The notes beneath the pieces are model-generated. The model saw nothing but the letters and a program-made list of their open reading frames with translations. It had not been told where the DNA came from and did no database searches. DNA of 64,000 nt from Oscillospiraceae bacterium (GTDB taxonomy: Bacteria > Bacillota > Clostridia > Oscillospirales > Oscillospiraceae), in assembly GCA_902793285.1 (NCBI GenBank), contig CADBCV010000009.1, positions 1,210 to 65,209 of the forward strand. Reading direction: 5' to 3'. Each line of letters begins with the position of its first letter. Within the stretch, counting starts at the first letter, position 1. Positions 52,054 to 61,871 of the stretch are shown piece by piece. The position numbers were made by a program, and so were the translations under genes.

Positions 52054-53439
52054 TCAGTGCGACACGAGGTCCTTGACCCATTTGCGTTTTTTGACGAAAT
52101 AGTAGCCGAGGCCGCATTTGATGATCTCCATGGCCTGCACCGCGATATACATGGGCACGATGGGAAGGCTGGTATAACGGGAGAGAATGAAGGCCAGAGG
52201 CACCACAAGCGTCCACTGATAGAGGCTGTCAAAGACGAAGGTGATGAGAGACTGGCCCCCCGCGCGGAGCGTAAAGTAGCAGGAATTGGTGAAGGCGTAG
52301 AGCGGCATGAACACCGCGACCACAAGGATAAGCTGGGACGCGAGAGTGCGCACAGCCTCGGAGGTGTTGTAGATGCGCGGCACCAAGGGGGCGATGAAGG
52401 CCATCACGATGCCCACCGCACCGCAGAGCACCACCGAGAAGGCGATGAGCTTGCGGTCCTCGTCCACGGCGCGCTCCAGATCGCCCGCGCCGAGGATCTG
52501 GCCCACGATGATGGAGGTGGCGTTGCCCATGGAGAGGAAGGCGCAGAAGAAGAGATTTGACACCGTGGAGGAGATGTTGGTGGCGGAGACCACCTCGAGC
52601 CCGCGCACGGAATAGCACTGGTTCAAAACCGCCATGCCGCTCGACCACAGAAGCTCGTTGATGAGAAGCGGGAGACCCATGAGGGCGATCTGCCGCAGCA
52701 GGGGCCCCGGGATGCGGAAGGTGGTGTAGGCGGTTTCGAGAAAGGGGTTTTTCTCCCGGTGGCGGTGCGTCCAGACGACGATGATGGCGCACTCGATATA
52801 GCGGGCGATGACCGTCGCGATTGCGGCGCCCTCCACCCCGAGGACCGGGGCCCCGAGCTTGCCGAAGATGAGGATGTAGTTCAAAACCAGGTTCACAAGC
52901 ACCGCCGTGATCCCGGCCCGCATGGGCAGCACCGTCTCCCCCGTCTCGCGCAGGGTGCTGGCGTAGGCCATCTGCAGGGCGAAGGGCGGGATCTGCAAGA
53001 GCATGATGCGCAGGTAGTTTTTCCCGTGCGTCAGCGTCGCCGCCAGGTCGAGCTGCTCGCCCCCCTCGTGGATGAACTGGCGGATCAGGGTCTCCCCCGC
53101 GGTGCTGAAGACCGTGAGGAAGGTCACCGCCGCGGCGAGGGCGATATAGAGCTTTGCGCGGAAGGTGTCCGCCATGCCGCGCGCGTCGCCGCTGCCGTAA
53201 AACTGGGCCGTGAGGATGCCCGCTCCCGCAAGGCCGCCGAAGATGCAGAGGTTGAAGACAAAGAGGAGCTGGTTCACGATGGCGACGCCGGACATGGGCT
53301 CCGTGCCCACCTGGCCGACCATGATGTTATCCAGGAGATTGACAAAATTGGTGATGACATTCTGAACCAGAAGCGGGATCAGAATGGCGAACAGCCTGCG
53401 GTAAAAGGCGCGGCTGCCGATATATTTTCTGTAGTTCAG
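52054..53439 (-). CDS. MATE family efflux transporter (probable non-canonical CTG start)
   Basis: The first ATG (53322) lies after the conserved TM1 segment FYRRLFAILIPLLVQNVITNFVNLLDNIMVG. The open frame back to the in-frame TGA at 53458-53460 contains no ATG, GTG or TTG. The CTG at 53437-53439 sits 6 nt after AAGGGAGGG. Confidence 0.7.
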   Translation of the reverse strand: MNYRKYIGSRAFYRRLFAILIPLLVQNVITNFVNLLDNIMVGQVGTEPMSGVAIVNQLLFVFNLCIFGGLAGAGILTAQFYGSGDARGMADTFRAKLYIALAAAVTFLTVFSTAGETLIRQFIHEGGEQLDLAATLTHGKNYLRIMLLQIPPFALQMAYASTLRETGETVLPMRAGITAVLVNLVLNYILIFGKLGAPVLGVEGAAIATVIARYIECAIIVVWTHRHREKNPFLETAYTTFRIPGPLLRQIALMGLPLLINELLWSSGMAVLNQCYSVRGLEVVSATNISSTVSNLFFCAFLSMGNATSIIVGQILGAGDLERAVDEDRKLIAFSVVLCGAVGIVMAFIAPLVPRIYNTSEAVRTLASQLILVVAVFMPLYAFTNSCYFTLRAGGQSLITFVFDSLYQWTLVVPLAFILSRYTSLPIVPMYIAVQAMEIIKCGLGYYFVKKRKWVKDLVSH

Positions 53440-53457
53440 TAGAAACCCTCCCTTGGG

Positions 53458-56076
53458 TCAATCCTTCGCGACTGCGGTAAGTGCCGCGCGCTTTTTCTTT
53501 CGCGCTCGCAGGACGAGGAGCGCCACAAGCGCCGCGCCCGCGCCCGCGGCGGGGAGCAGCCAGCGGCTCTGCCCGGACTCCGCGGGCTTTGCGTAAACCA
53601 CGGTGCCGCCGTTTTCCAGCGGGAAGACAAGGTAGCTGCCGTCCCGCTCGGAGGCGATTTTTTCAAGCTCGCCCGTCTCGTTCACGCGATAGAGGACGCC
53701 GTCCTCCGCGGCCTGCATACGCACGGTAAGCGTCTCGTCATAGTCGTTGACATAGAGCGTCGCGGCCTGCAGGACCTCCTCCGCCGGAAGGGGGGCGGTG
53801 TAATCGGCGGCGTTGAGACGCTGGCCCTCATAGAACACGCCCTCCACCAGAAAGCGCGGTACGCTCTCCCCGGTGGCGAGGGTGCTGCCCGGCTCATAGT
53901 AGCGGCCTTCGACCGTGGTGCTGTAATAGATATGCTCCGCGTCAAAGTCGTCCCAGCGCCAGAAGGCGGCGCTGCGGTTCGGCACCTCCGGCAGGCTCTC
54001 GATGCTGCCGCCGAAGGGGATCTCCACCTGCTTTTTGATCTTGTCGGGCAGGATAAAGGTAACGGTGATGCGGTCGAAGTCGCGCGGCGCGCCGTCGAGC
54101 GCGAGCAGCGCCTCGGTCGTAATGCGCGCCGCCTGGCCCAGGCGGCTGACACCGTCCACCCCATCCGGGACGCCGGGAACATAGAGGTTATCGGCGACAG
54201 TCCCCTCCGCCCAGCCGGCGACCGCGCCCTGATACTCGCGTGCACTGTCAATATAAGTCCAGCTCCGGCAGGCTTTGAGGTCTGTGCCGAGGCCAGCGAT
54301 GCCGCCCACGTATTTCACGCCCGACAGTACCGCGCGGGACCAGCAGTTCACAACGCTGCCCTTCGACGTGCCGACCACGCCGCCGACATAGTCCCCGCTC
54401 TGGGACCTCGCCTCGCCGACGCCGACGCAGTCGATGAGCGTGCCGATATCCACGGAGCCCGCGACGCAGCCCGCCCCCGCCTCCTTGACGGTGACAGCCC
54501 CATAGCTCTGGCATGTGCGCACCGCGGCAAAGAGATAGCGCCGCGCGTCACGGGTGAGAAAGTCCGAGGCGTTGAGCCTGTTGTCCATATCGAAGTCCAG
54601 CTCGAAGGCGACGGTGCCGACCACGCCCCCGGCATTGTTCTCCGCATCGACGCTGCCGGTATTGCGGCAGTCCGCCGCCGCGCCGGTATTGCGCTTGTAC
54701 GCCTCGCTCTCCGAGAGGTCATAGGTGGTGCTCAGGGCGCCCGTGGTGTTCATGCTGCCGCGAAGGCTGCTGAAGATGGCGTTCATCTGCTCGGCGACCG
54801 CGTTCAGATCGTTCGCCGCGGTCGTGAGCCCCGAGCCCGCGAGCGAGGCGATAAACTGCGCCTCGCCCCACATGTCGGCAAGCGCCGAATTGAGCGTCTC
54901 CACATCCACATCCATGTTCCAAAGACCGTCGGTGGAGAAATCGAAATACGTGTTTTCTCCGTCGTACTGGACCGACGCCTCCAGGCTCTTTCCGTTCTCA
55001 AGCGTTTTCCAGGCGATCTCGCCCACCGCGTCGAGCGCATTGCGGGTATAGTCGTTCAGAAGCGAAAGCTCGTTTGTGATGTCATTTGAGAAATCGCGCG
55101 CATCCCGGCGCAGGCTGTCCAGAATGTTCTGCATCCCGCGCAGCTTGGATTCCAGATCGTCGAGTCTGCCGTTTGAGAAGTCCCACACCGCGTAGGGGAC
55201 GAGCTGGCCGATCACGCCGCCCACATCCCGGCGGCCCGTGACCGCGGCGCTGTTTGCGCAATCGGAGACAAAGCCCGCGCTCTTGCCCGCGACGCCGCCG
55301 ACATTGAAGCCCTCGTGCTTATAGCCAACGGGACCGTGATTCACGCAGGCGGACACTGTGCCGTTATTATCCCCGGCGATGCCGCCGATGTTCGCGAGGT
55401 TCAGAAAATCGTCCTCATGGACTGCCGAGAGATCAAAGCGCGTCTCCCCCTTCGGGGTGACAGAGACGGTGTTGATCTCGCCGCCGTTTGTGCAGGAGAG
55501 GAGCTGCCCGTCGTTTCTGCCGGCGATGCCGCCGACCTGATGCTCCGCCGTGACAGAGCCGGAAAAACGGCAGCCCTCGATCGAGCCGGTCGCGCTGTTG
55601 GTGCCGGCAATGCCGCCTGTATTCTCGATCCCGCACACGCTCCCCTCAAAGCGGCAGGCGAGGATGCTGCCGGCGTTTACCCCGGCAATGCCCCCGATGT
55701 GCATGGCGCTGCCGCCGGGCGAGACCGTGCCGCGCACCGTGAGATCGCGGATCTCCGCCCCCTGCGCGACCTCGCGGAAGAGACCGAGGCGGGACCCCTC
55801 CCCCGCCACATGGAGGCCCGTGATGAGGCGGTGATTGCCGAGAAAGCACCCGGCAAAATAGGGCACGGGATGGAAGGCCGTGTTGGAGAGGTCGAGGTCC
55901 GCCGTGAGCTCAAAGGTTTTACCGGCGGAATAGCTCTCCTCCGCGCAGGCGTCGCAGAAGCGCAGAAAATCCTCCACGCTGTCGATGCGGACGCTCTCCT
56001 CCCCCTCCGCAAACGCGGCGGGCACGAGACTGAGCAGCACCAGGAGCGACACGATCCAAGCCGAAATGCGTCTCAA
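53458..56076 (-). CDS. Large surface protein with GLUG-type (GGIAG) repeats, a signal peptide and a C-terminal TM anchor
   Basis: 872 aa. The signal peptide is MRRISAWIVSLLVLLSLVPAAFA. The repeats IGGIAGVN, TGGIAGTN, VGGIAGRN, IGGIAGDN and VGGVAGKS are present. The C-terminus is LLPAAGAGAALVALLVLRARKKKR. Confidence 0.8.
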   Translation of the reverse strand: MRRISAWIVSLLVLLSLVPAAFAEGEESVRIDSVEDFLRFCDACAEESYSAGKTFELTADLDLSNTAFHPVPYFAGCFLGNHRLITGLHVAGEGSRLGLFREVAQGAEIRDLTVRGTVSPGGSAMHIGGIAGVNAGSILACRFEGSVCGIENTGGIAGTNSATGSIEGCRFSGSVTAEHQVGGIAGRNDGQLLSCTNGGEINTVSVTPKGETRFDLSAVHEDDFLNLANIGGIAGDNNGTVSACVNHGPVGYKHEGFNVGGVAGKSAGFVSDCANSAAVTGRRDVGGVIGQLVPYAVWDFSNGRLDDLESKLRGMQNILDSLRRDARDFSNDITNELSLLNDYTRNALDAVGEIAWKTLENGKSLEASVQYDGENTYFDFSTDGLWNMDVDVETLNSALADMWGEAQFIASLAGSGLTTAANDLNAVAEQMNAIFSSLRGSMNTTGALSTTYDLSESEAYKRNTGAAADCRNTGSVDAENNAGGVVGTVAFELDFDMDNRLNASDFLTRDARRYLFAAVRTCQSYGAVTVKEAGAGCVAGSVDIGTLIDCVGVGEARSQSGDYVGGVVGTSKGSVVNCWSRAVLSGVKYVGGIAGLGTDLKACRSWTYIDSAREYQGAVAGWAEGTVADNLYVPGVPDGVDGVSRLGQAARITTEALLALDGAPRDFDRITVTFILPDKIKKQVEIPFGGSIESLPEVPNRSAAFWRWDDFDAEHIYYSTTVEGRYYEPGSTLATGESVPRFLVEGVFYEGQRLNAADYTAPLPAEEVLQAATLYVNDYDETLTVRMQAAEDGVLYRVNETGELEKIASERDGSYLVFPLENGGTVVYAKPAESGQSRWLLPAAGAGAALVALLVLRARKKKRAALTAVAKD

Positions 56077-58370
56077 AGCTCCTCACCCCCTGTCAAATCA
56101 AGCTGAAAGCGGGTCTTCTCCACCGCGCCGTCCAGCAGCACCAGAAGCTGCGGCAGCACCGTGAGCACGAGGATCACGGAGATAAAGGCGCCGCGCCCCA
56201 CCGCAAGGCCGATGTGGTTGACGTACACATCGCTGACGCGATAGCCGATCAAAAGCCCCGCGATGGTCATGATGGCCCCGGAGGTCAAAACGGTCGGGAA
56301 GCTGCGGTTCACGGCCTCGGTCATGGCCTCGCGCTTCGGAAGCTCCGCCTTGAGGGCCTGGTAGCGGTTCATGAGCACAATGGCATAGTCGATGGTGGCG
56401 CCCATCTGGATGGCGGAGACGATCATATTGGTGACAAAGGACGGCACCATCCCCTGCAGATAGGGGAAGGAGAAATTGATCCAGATGCTGCTCTGGATCA
56501 CGAACACGAGGATCACAGAACCCATGACGGTGCGGAAGGTAAAGAGCAGGATGAGGAACACAAAGCCCGCAGTCAAAAAGCTGATGAGCCGGGAGTCCGA
56601 GGTATAGGCTTCGCGCAGGTCGCGGGCCGAGGTCACGTCGCCGATGACGAGCACCTTTCCCCTGCCGTAATAAGACTCCGCAAGGGTCCTGAGCTTTTCC
56701 ACGAGGGCCACGCTCTCCTCCCCCTCTACCGGCACATCCGCCGTGAAGACGAGACGGTTCCAGTGCTCGCCGCGGAGCTGGTCAAGGCCCATGTTCAGCG
56801 TCTCGCGCAGAGCTCGGAGCTCTGCCATGCGCTCCTCCTCCAGGGTCACGACGCCGCGGTCCATGAGCTCAAAGGCAAAGAGAAACATGTCCACCGCGGG
56901 GACCGAATAGGTCTCCACATCGCCGAGGAGGGCCTGGTATTCCTCATGGCGCACGCCGTAAGCCTGAAAGAGGAGGCGGGCCTCCTCCGCGCTGATGTCC
57001 AGAAGCTCCGCGAACATGCGGGGCGTATAGCGGTCCGTGAGCATTCGGCCTTCCTCGATCTCGATATTGGCAAGTCCTCTCGCGCCGGTGATCTCCGGCA
57101 GCTCCGCCGCCTCCAGGAGGATGGCCTTCTCGCTCTCAAAATCCTCCGCCGGGACAAGCAGGGCGATCATGGTGGAGTGGGCAAAGGTGTCCTGGATCTT
57201 ATGCATGGCGGCGCGGCTCTCGGAATAGACAAGCTCGGTGACGGATCTGTCGCTGAAGGCATAGCTTGTGCGGTTTGAGCACCAGATCGCCGCCGGGACG
57301 ATCAGAACGAAGAGCACGACAAACAAAACCCTGCTCTTCATCAAAAAGCGGCCCCAGGGGCGGATATCCGGGATGAGGCTTTTATGCGCGCTGCGGCGTA
57401 TCGCCCCGGGGAAGAGCATGATAAGCCCCGGCATCAGCAGAAACACCGTGAGCAGGGAGCACACGATGCTCTTGGCCAAAACCATGCCCAGATCATAGCC
57501 CAGGCGAAACTGCATCAGCATCAGCGCGACGAGCCCCGAGATGGTGGTGAGGCTCGAGGCGGAGATCTCCGTGATGGATTTTGCCAGCGCCTCCACCAGC
57601 GCGTCCCGGTAGGAGGCGCAGCGCGGCGCCTCATCCTGGTAGCGATGGGAGAAGATGATGGCATAGTCGATGGCGAGGGCGAGCTGCATGATGATGGCGA
57701 TGGAGTTTGTGATGGAGGAGATGCGCCCGAGCCAGAAGTTTGTGCCCATGTTGAGCAGAGCCGCAAACACAAAGACGATAAAGATAATGACCACTTCAAA
57801 ATAGCTGCGCGAGGTGAAGAGCAGGATCGCCGCGATGACCGTGACGGCAATGAGCAGCAGGCCCGCCATCTCCTGCGCGAGCTTTGCGAAGTAGTTCTCC
57901 GGGTCCATGCTGTAGCTGTAGGTGTCGTAGGGGGCGAGGATGGCGCGCACCCTGCCGGTCGCCTCCGTGACCGCCGGATCGGAGGAGGTGCCGGCGTAGC
58001 TCACAGAGAGGAGCGCCGCGGCCCGCGTATAGTGGGCGGGGCTGTTGTCGAAGCTCACACCCGCGACCCCGTCGAGCTCCCGGATCTCGGCCGCGAGCGC
58101 CGCGGCCCCCTCATACGTGATATTTGAGACCATGATATCCTCGGAGGCGTAGGTGATGAATTCGTCCTCCATGATGACGAGGCCCCGGCGTGTCTCCGTC
58201 TCCTGCCCGAGGAACATGGTGAGATCCGAGCTCACCTGCACCTTGCCCACCGAGAGCGCGCAGTAAACCGCAGCCAGCAGGAAAAGCACCATGATGACAA
58301 AGCGCCAACGAACCACAGCCGCGGCGATCAGATGCATCATATCCTGTTTTCCTGTGCACTTCTCCTGCAT
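56073..58370 (-). CDS. MMPL/RND-superfamily membrane transporter
   Basis: 765 aa with two 6-TM bundles, each preceded by a large extracytoplasmic loop. AAGGAGAG RBS. The stop overlaps the next start (ATGA). Confidence 0.8.
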   Translation of the reverse strand: MQEKCTGKQDMMHLIAAAVVRWRFVIMVLFLLAAVYCALSVGKVQVSSDLTMFLGQETETRRGLVIMEDEFITYASEDIMVSNITYEGAAALAAEIRELDGVAGVSFDNSPAHYTRAAALLSVSYAGTSSDPAVTEATGRVRAILAPYDTYSYSMDPENYFAKLAQEMAGLLLIAVTVIAAILLFTSRSYFEVVIIFIVFVFAALLNMGTNFWLGRISSITNSIAIIMQLALAIDYAIIFSHRYQDEAPRCASYRDALVEALAKSITEISASSLTTISGLVALMLMQFRLGYDLGMVLAKSIVCSLLTVFLLMPGLIMLFPGAIRRSAHKSLIPDIRPWGRFLMKSRVLFVVLFVLIVPAAIWCSNRTSYAFSDRSVTELVYSESRAAMHKIQDTFAHSTMIALLVPAEDFESEKAILLEAAELPEITGARGLANIEIEEGRMLTDRYTPRMFAELLDISAEEARLLFQAYGVRHEEYQALLGDVETYSVPAVDMFLFAFELMDRGVVTLEEERMAELRALRETLNMGLDQLRGEHWNRLVFTADVPVEGEESVALVEKLRTLAESYYGRGKVLVIGDVTSARDLREAYTSDSRLISFLTAGFVFLILLFTFRTVMGSVILVFVIQSSIWINFSFPYLQGMVPSFVTNMIVSAIQMGATIDYAIVLMNRYQALKAELPKREAMTEAVNRSFPTVLTSGAIMTIAGLLIGYRVSDVYVNHIGLAVGRGAFISVILVLTVLPQLLVLLDGAVEKTRFQLDLTGGEEL

Positions 58371-58385
58371 GGCAGAATGCTCTCC

Positions 58386-58414
58386 TTGACAAGTTTCGGG
58401 AAATATATTTTAAT
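58386..58414 (+). promoter_or_regulatory. Candidate sigma-A promoter of the DUF3783-like gene
   Basis: TTGACA at 58386-58391, a 17-nt spacer, TTTAAT at 58409-58414. Confidence 0.45.
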
Positions 58415-58468
58415 TTTACAGAGATTCTTTTCCCCCGTCAAGTTTCGATTTCAGAGAAGGAGTAAACG

Positions 58469-58858
58469 ATGGCGAAAGTATTGCTCTATAACATCAAAGG
58501 CGCGGACAAGCGTGTGAAGATCTGCCTTGCGGCGCTGCGCGCGGGGCTTGAGGCGGTTGAGGTGGCGGAGGCGGATTTTGCCCATCCCGTCGGATATCTG
58601 CTGGGGCTGGAGGGCTTCTCTCCCGCAGAGGGTGAGGCGCGCTTTGAAGACGAGATGCTCGTGATGGAAAAGCTCTCCTCCCCCCTTTTGGACATGCTGC
58701 GCGCGTCGGGCGCGACAGTCGCCCTCAAGGCGGTGGTCACAGAGCAGAACAAGGGCTGGAGCTCCGCCGCCCTCTGCCGGGAGCTCCGGCGCGAGCACGA
58801 GGCCATGCGCGCCTGTGCCCCGAAGAAGCCGGTACATACGCATAAAAAGAGGAAGTGA
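58469..58858 (+). CDS. DUF3783-like small protein
   Basis: 129 aa with a GAAGGAG RBS. The pattern LLYNIKG...ICLAALRAGLEAVEV...HPVGYLLGLEGF...EDEMLVM...LKAVVTEQN matches my memory of DUF3783 proteins. Confidence 0.6.
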   Translation: MAKVLLYNIKGADKRVKICLAALRAGLEAVEVAEADFAHPVGYLLGLEGFSPAEGEARFEDEMLVMEKLSSPLLDMLRASGATVALKAVVTEQNKGWSSAALCRELRREHEAMRACAPKKPVHTHKKRK

Positions 58859-58987
58859 AGCCTCAAGGTCATGGCTTCACATAAACGAAGTATCCCGGCA
58901 AAAGGTACAGGATTCTTCGCCGCTGCGCCCCTGGCGATCCGCGATCCTGTAAGATATTGCGGCTATTTTTACCGCCCGGTCGATCCT

Positions 58988-59466
58988 TTAATCGCCGGGC
59001 GGTGTTGTTTTGCGATTTGCGTGCTGTTGGATATGCTGTCTTTTTTCGGCGCGCCAGGCAAGGGCTGAAGAGATCAGAATCGCGAGCAGCGCGCCGGAAA
59101 AGTCAAGCACCACGTCCCGCACCTGGGAGCCGCGCCCGGTGAAGCTCTGGATCGTCTCATCCGTCACCCCGGCGAGCAGGCAGGCGAAGGCGCTGTTTAC
59201 GCCGTTTTGAAAGCCGAGACCGCCTCTGAGCCAAAAGAGCAGCGCCGTCTCGACGCCGAGAAGCCCGAACTCACAGAAGTGGGCGCTCTTTCGCACAAAA
59301 TGCTCCGACACGGGAAGGCCGATGCTCCGAAGCCAGGCGGTGAAGCCCAGGCTGAGCGAGGCGGAATCCTCCCTCCCGAGGAGGGAATTGCCCCAGATGA
59401 AGCAGAGCGTGACAAGAAGCGCGAGACGCAGGACGCGCCTGAGGCGGTTTTTCCCTTGCGCTGTCA

Positions 59467-59467
<1 letters not shown>
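58988..59467 (-). CDS. VanZ family membrane protein
   Basis: 159 aa with 4 TM helices and the motif FVRKSAHFCEFGLLG. Its start overlaps the obg stop. Confidence 0.75.
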
Positions 59468-60750
<1,283 letters not shown>

Positions 60751-60944
60751 GTGACTCCCCTCCTTCTGCATGATCCTCGCTCGCTCACCGCAAATTCAAA
60801 TCGTTTTTGGCGGGGCTTTGCCCCGCCAAAAACCCCTCCGGTGAGCAACGCGAACCCTCGCGCCGACCAAGCGCGGCTTGTCTCCCGTAAGCCGCGCGCG
60901 ATATGCGCGAGTTTTCCATAGCGAGCCTTGCTCGCAATGGAATG

Positions 60945-60980
60945 AAAAAAGGCCGGACATAAAACTATGTCCGGCCTTTT
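60945..60980 (-). terminator. Rho-independent terminator after rpmA
   Basis: In minus sense: AAAAGGCCGGACAT-agtttt-ATGTCCGGCC followed by TTTTTT. Confidence 0.85.
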
Positions 60981-60986
60981 GGTCAC

Positions 60987-61250
60987 TTACTGAGCGATCT
61001 CTTCGTAAACAGAGACCTTCTTGCGGTCCTTGCCCATGCGCTCGAACTTCACGGTGCCGTCCACGAGGGAGAACAGCGTGTCGTCCTTACCCTTCCCGAC
61101 GTTGGTGCCGGGGTGGATCTTCGTTCCGCGCTGTCTGACAAGGATGTTGCCGGCGAGAACGAACTGCCCGTCAGCTCTCTTGGCGCCAAGACGCTTGGAC
61201 TCACTGTCGCGGCCGTTCTTGGTAGAACCCATACCTTTTTTATGTGCCAT
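60987..61250 (-). CDS. rpmA: 50S ribosomal protein L27 (no N-terminal propeptide)
   Basis: 87 aa starting [22 protein letters not shown]. Confidence 0.95.
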   Translation of the reverse strand: MAHKKGMGSTKNGRDSESKRLGAKRADGQFVLAGNILVRQRGTKIHPGTNVGKGKDDTLFSLVDGTVKFERMGKDRKKVSVYEEIAQ

Positions 61251-61290
61251 AAGGTTGCTCCTCCTTCAGTCAAAATCAGTTGCGGAAAAA

Positions 61291-61605
61291 TCAGGCGTTG
61301 ATCGCTTCGATCTGAACCTTGGTGTAGGGCTGTCTGTGGCCCTGGGTGCGGCGATAGCCCTTTTTGGGCTTCATCTTGTAGACGCGCACCTTTGCGCCCT
61401 TGCCGTTCTTCACGACATTGGCGGAGACGCTGGCGCCGGCGATGGCGGGCTTGCCGAACACGGCATTGTCCCCGTCGATCACGGCCAGGACCTGGTCGAA
61501 CTTCACAGTCTCGCCGGCTGCGGCGTCGAGCTTCTCAACGAAGATCACGTCGCCCTCGGCCACGCGGTACTGCTTGCCGCCGGTCACGATGATCGCATGT
61601 TTCAC
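61291..61605 (-). CDS. rplU: 50S ribosomal protein L21
   Basis: 104 aa: [26 protein letters not shown]...[17 protein letters not shown]. Confidence 0.95.
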   Translation of the reverse strand: MKHAIIVTGGKQYRVAEGDVIFVEKLDAAAGETVKFDQVLAVIDGDNAVFGKPAIAGASVSANVVKNGKGAKVRVYKMKPKKGYRRTQGHRQPYTKVQIEAINA

Positions 61606-61683
61606 GAAAGTATCCTCCCTCTTTACAGGACTCGCTCTCAGGGTGGAGGGCGGACCTCTTCTTGTTTACCCCTTCAATGCGGC
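61606..61683 (-). promoter_or_regulatory. rplU leader with an SD-sequestering hairpin (L21-leader-like)
   Basis: In the leader RNA, CCCUCC (in GUCCGCCCUCCACC) is complementary to the GGGAGG Shine-Dalgarno 30 nt downstream. Confidence 0.45.
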
Positions 61684-61689
61684 TTGAAT

Positions 61690-61718
61690 AGAGTAACACA
61701 ATTGCTTTCCGATGTCAA
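61690..61718 (-). promoter_or_regulatory. Candidate sigma-A promoter of rplU-rpmA
   Basis: The reverse complement of 61713-61718 is TTGACA. After a 17-nt spacer comes an extended -10 TGtTACTCT (rc 61690-61695). Confidence 0.5.
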
Positions 61719-61766
61719 CAGTTTTCTTCATAAAAAGGCGCAAAAAAGCGGCTGTACCGACCGTCC

Positions 61767-61843
61767 TGTCATTCTGAGCGCAGCGAAGAATCCCCTGCCG
61801 ATTGAAGCCCACCGCGAGATCCCTCGCTGCGCCCGGGATGACA
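61767..61843. repeat. 77-bp imperfect hairpin element, family C, copy 2
   Basis: TGTCATTCTGAGCGCAGCGAAGAATCCC...GAGATCCCTCGCTGCGCCCGGGATGACA. Confidence 0.85.
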
Positions 61844-61871
61844 CCGGGGGCGGCCTCTTTCAGCAGCGGAT

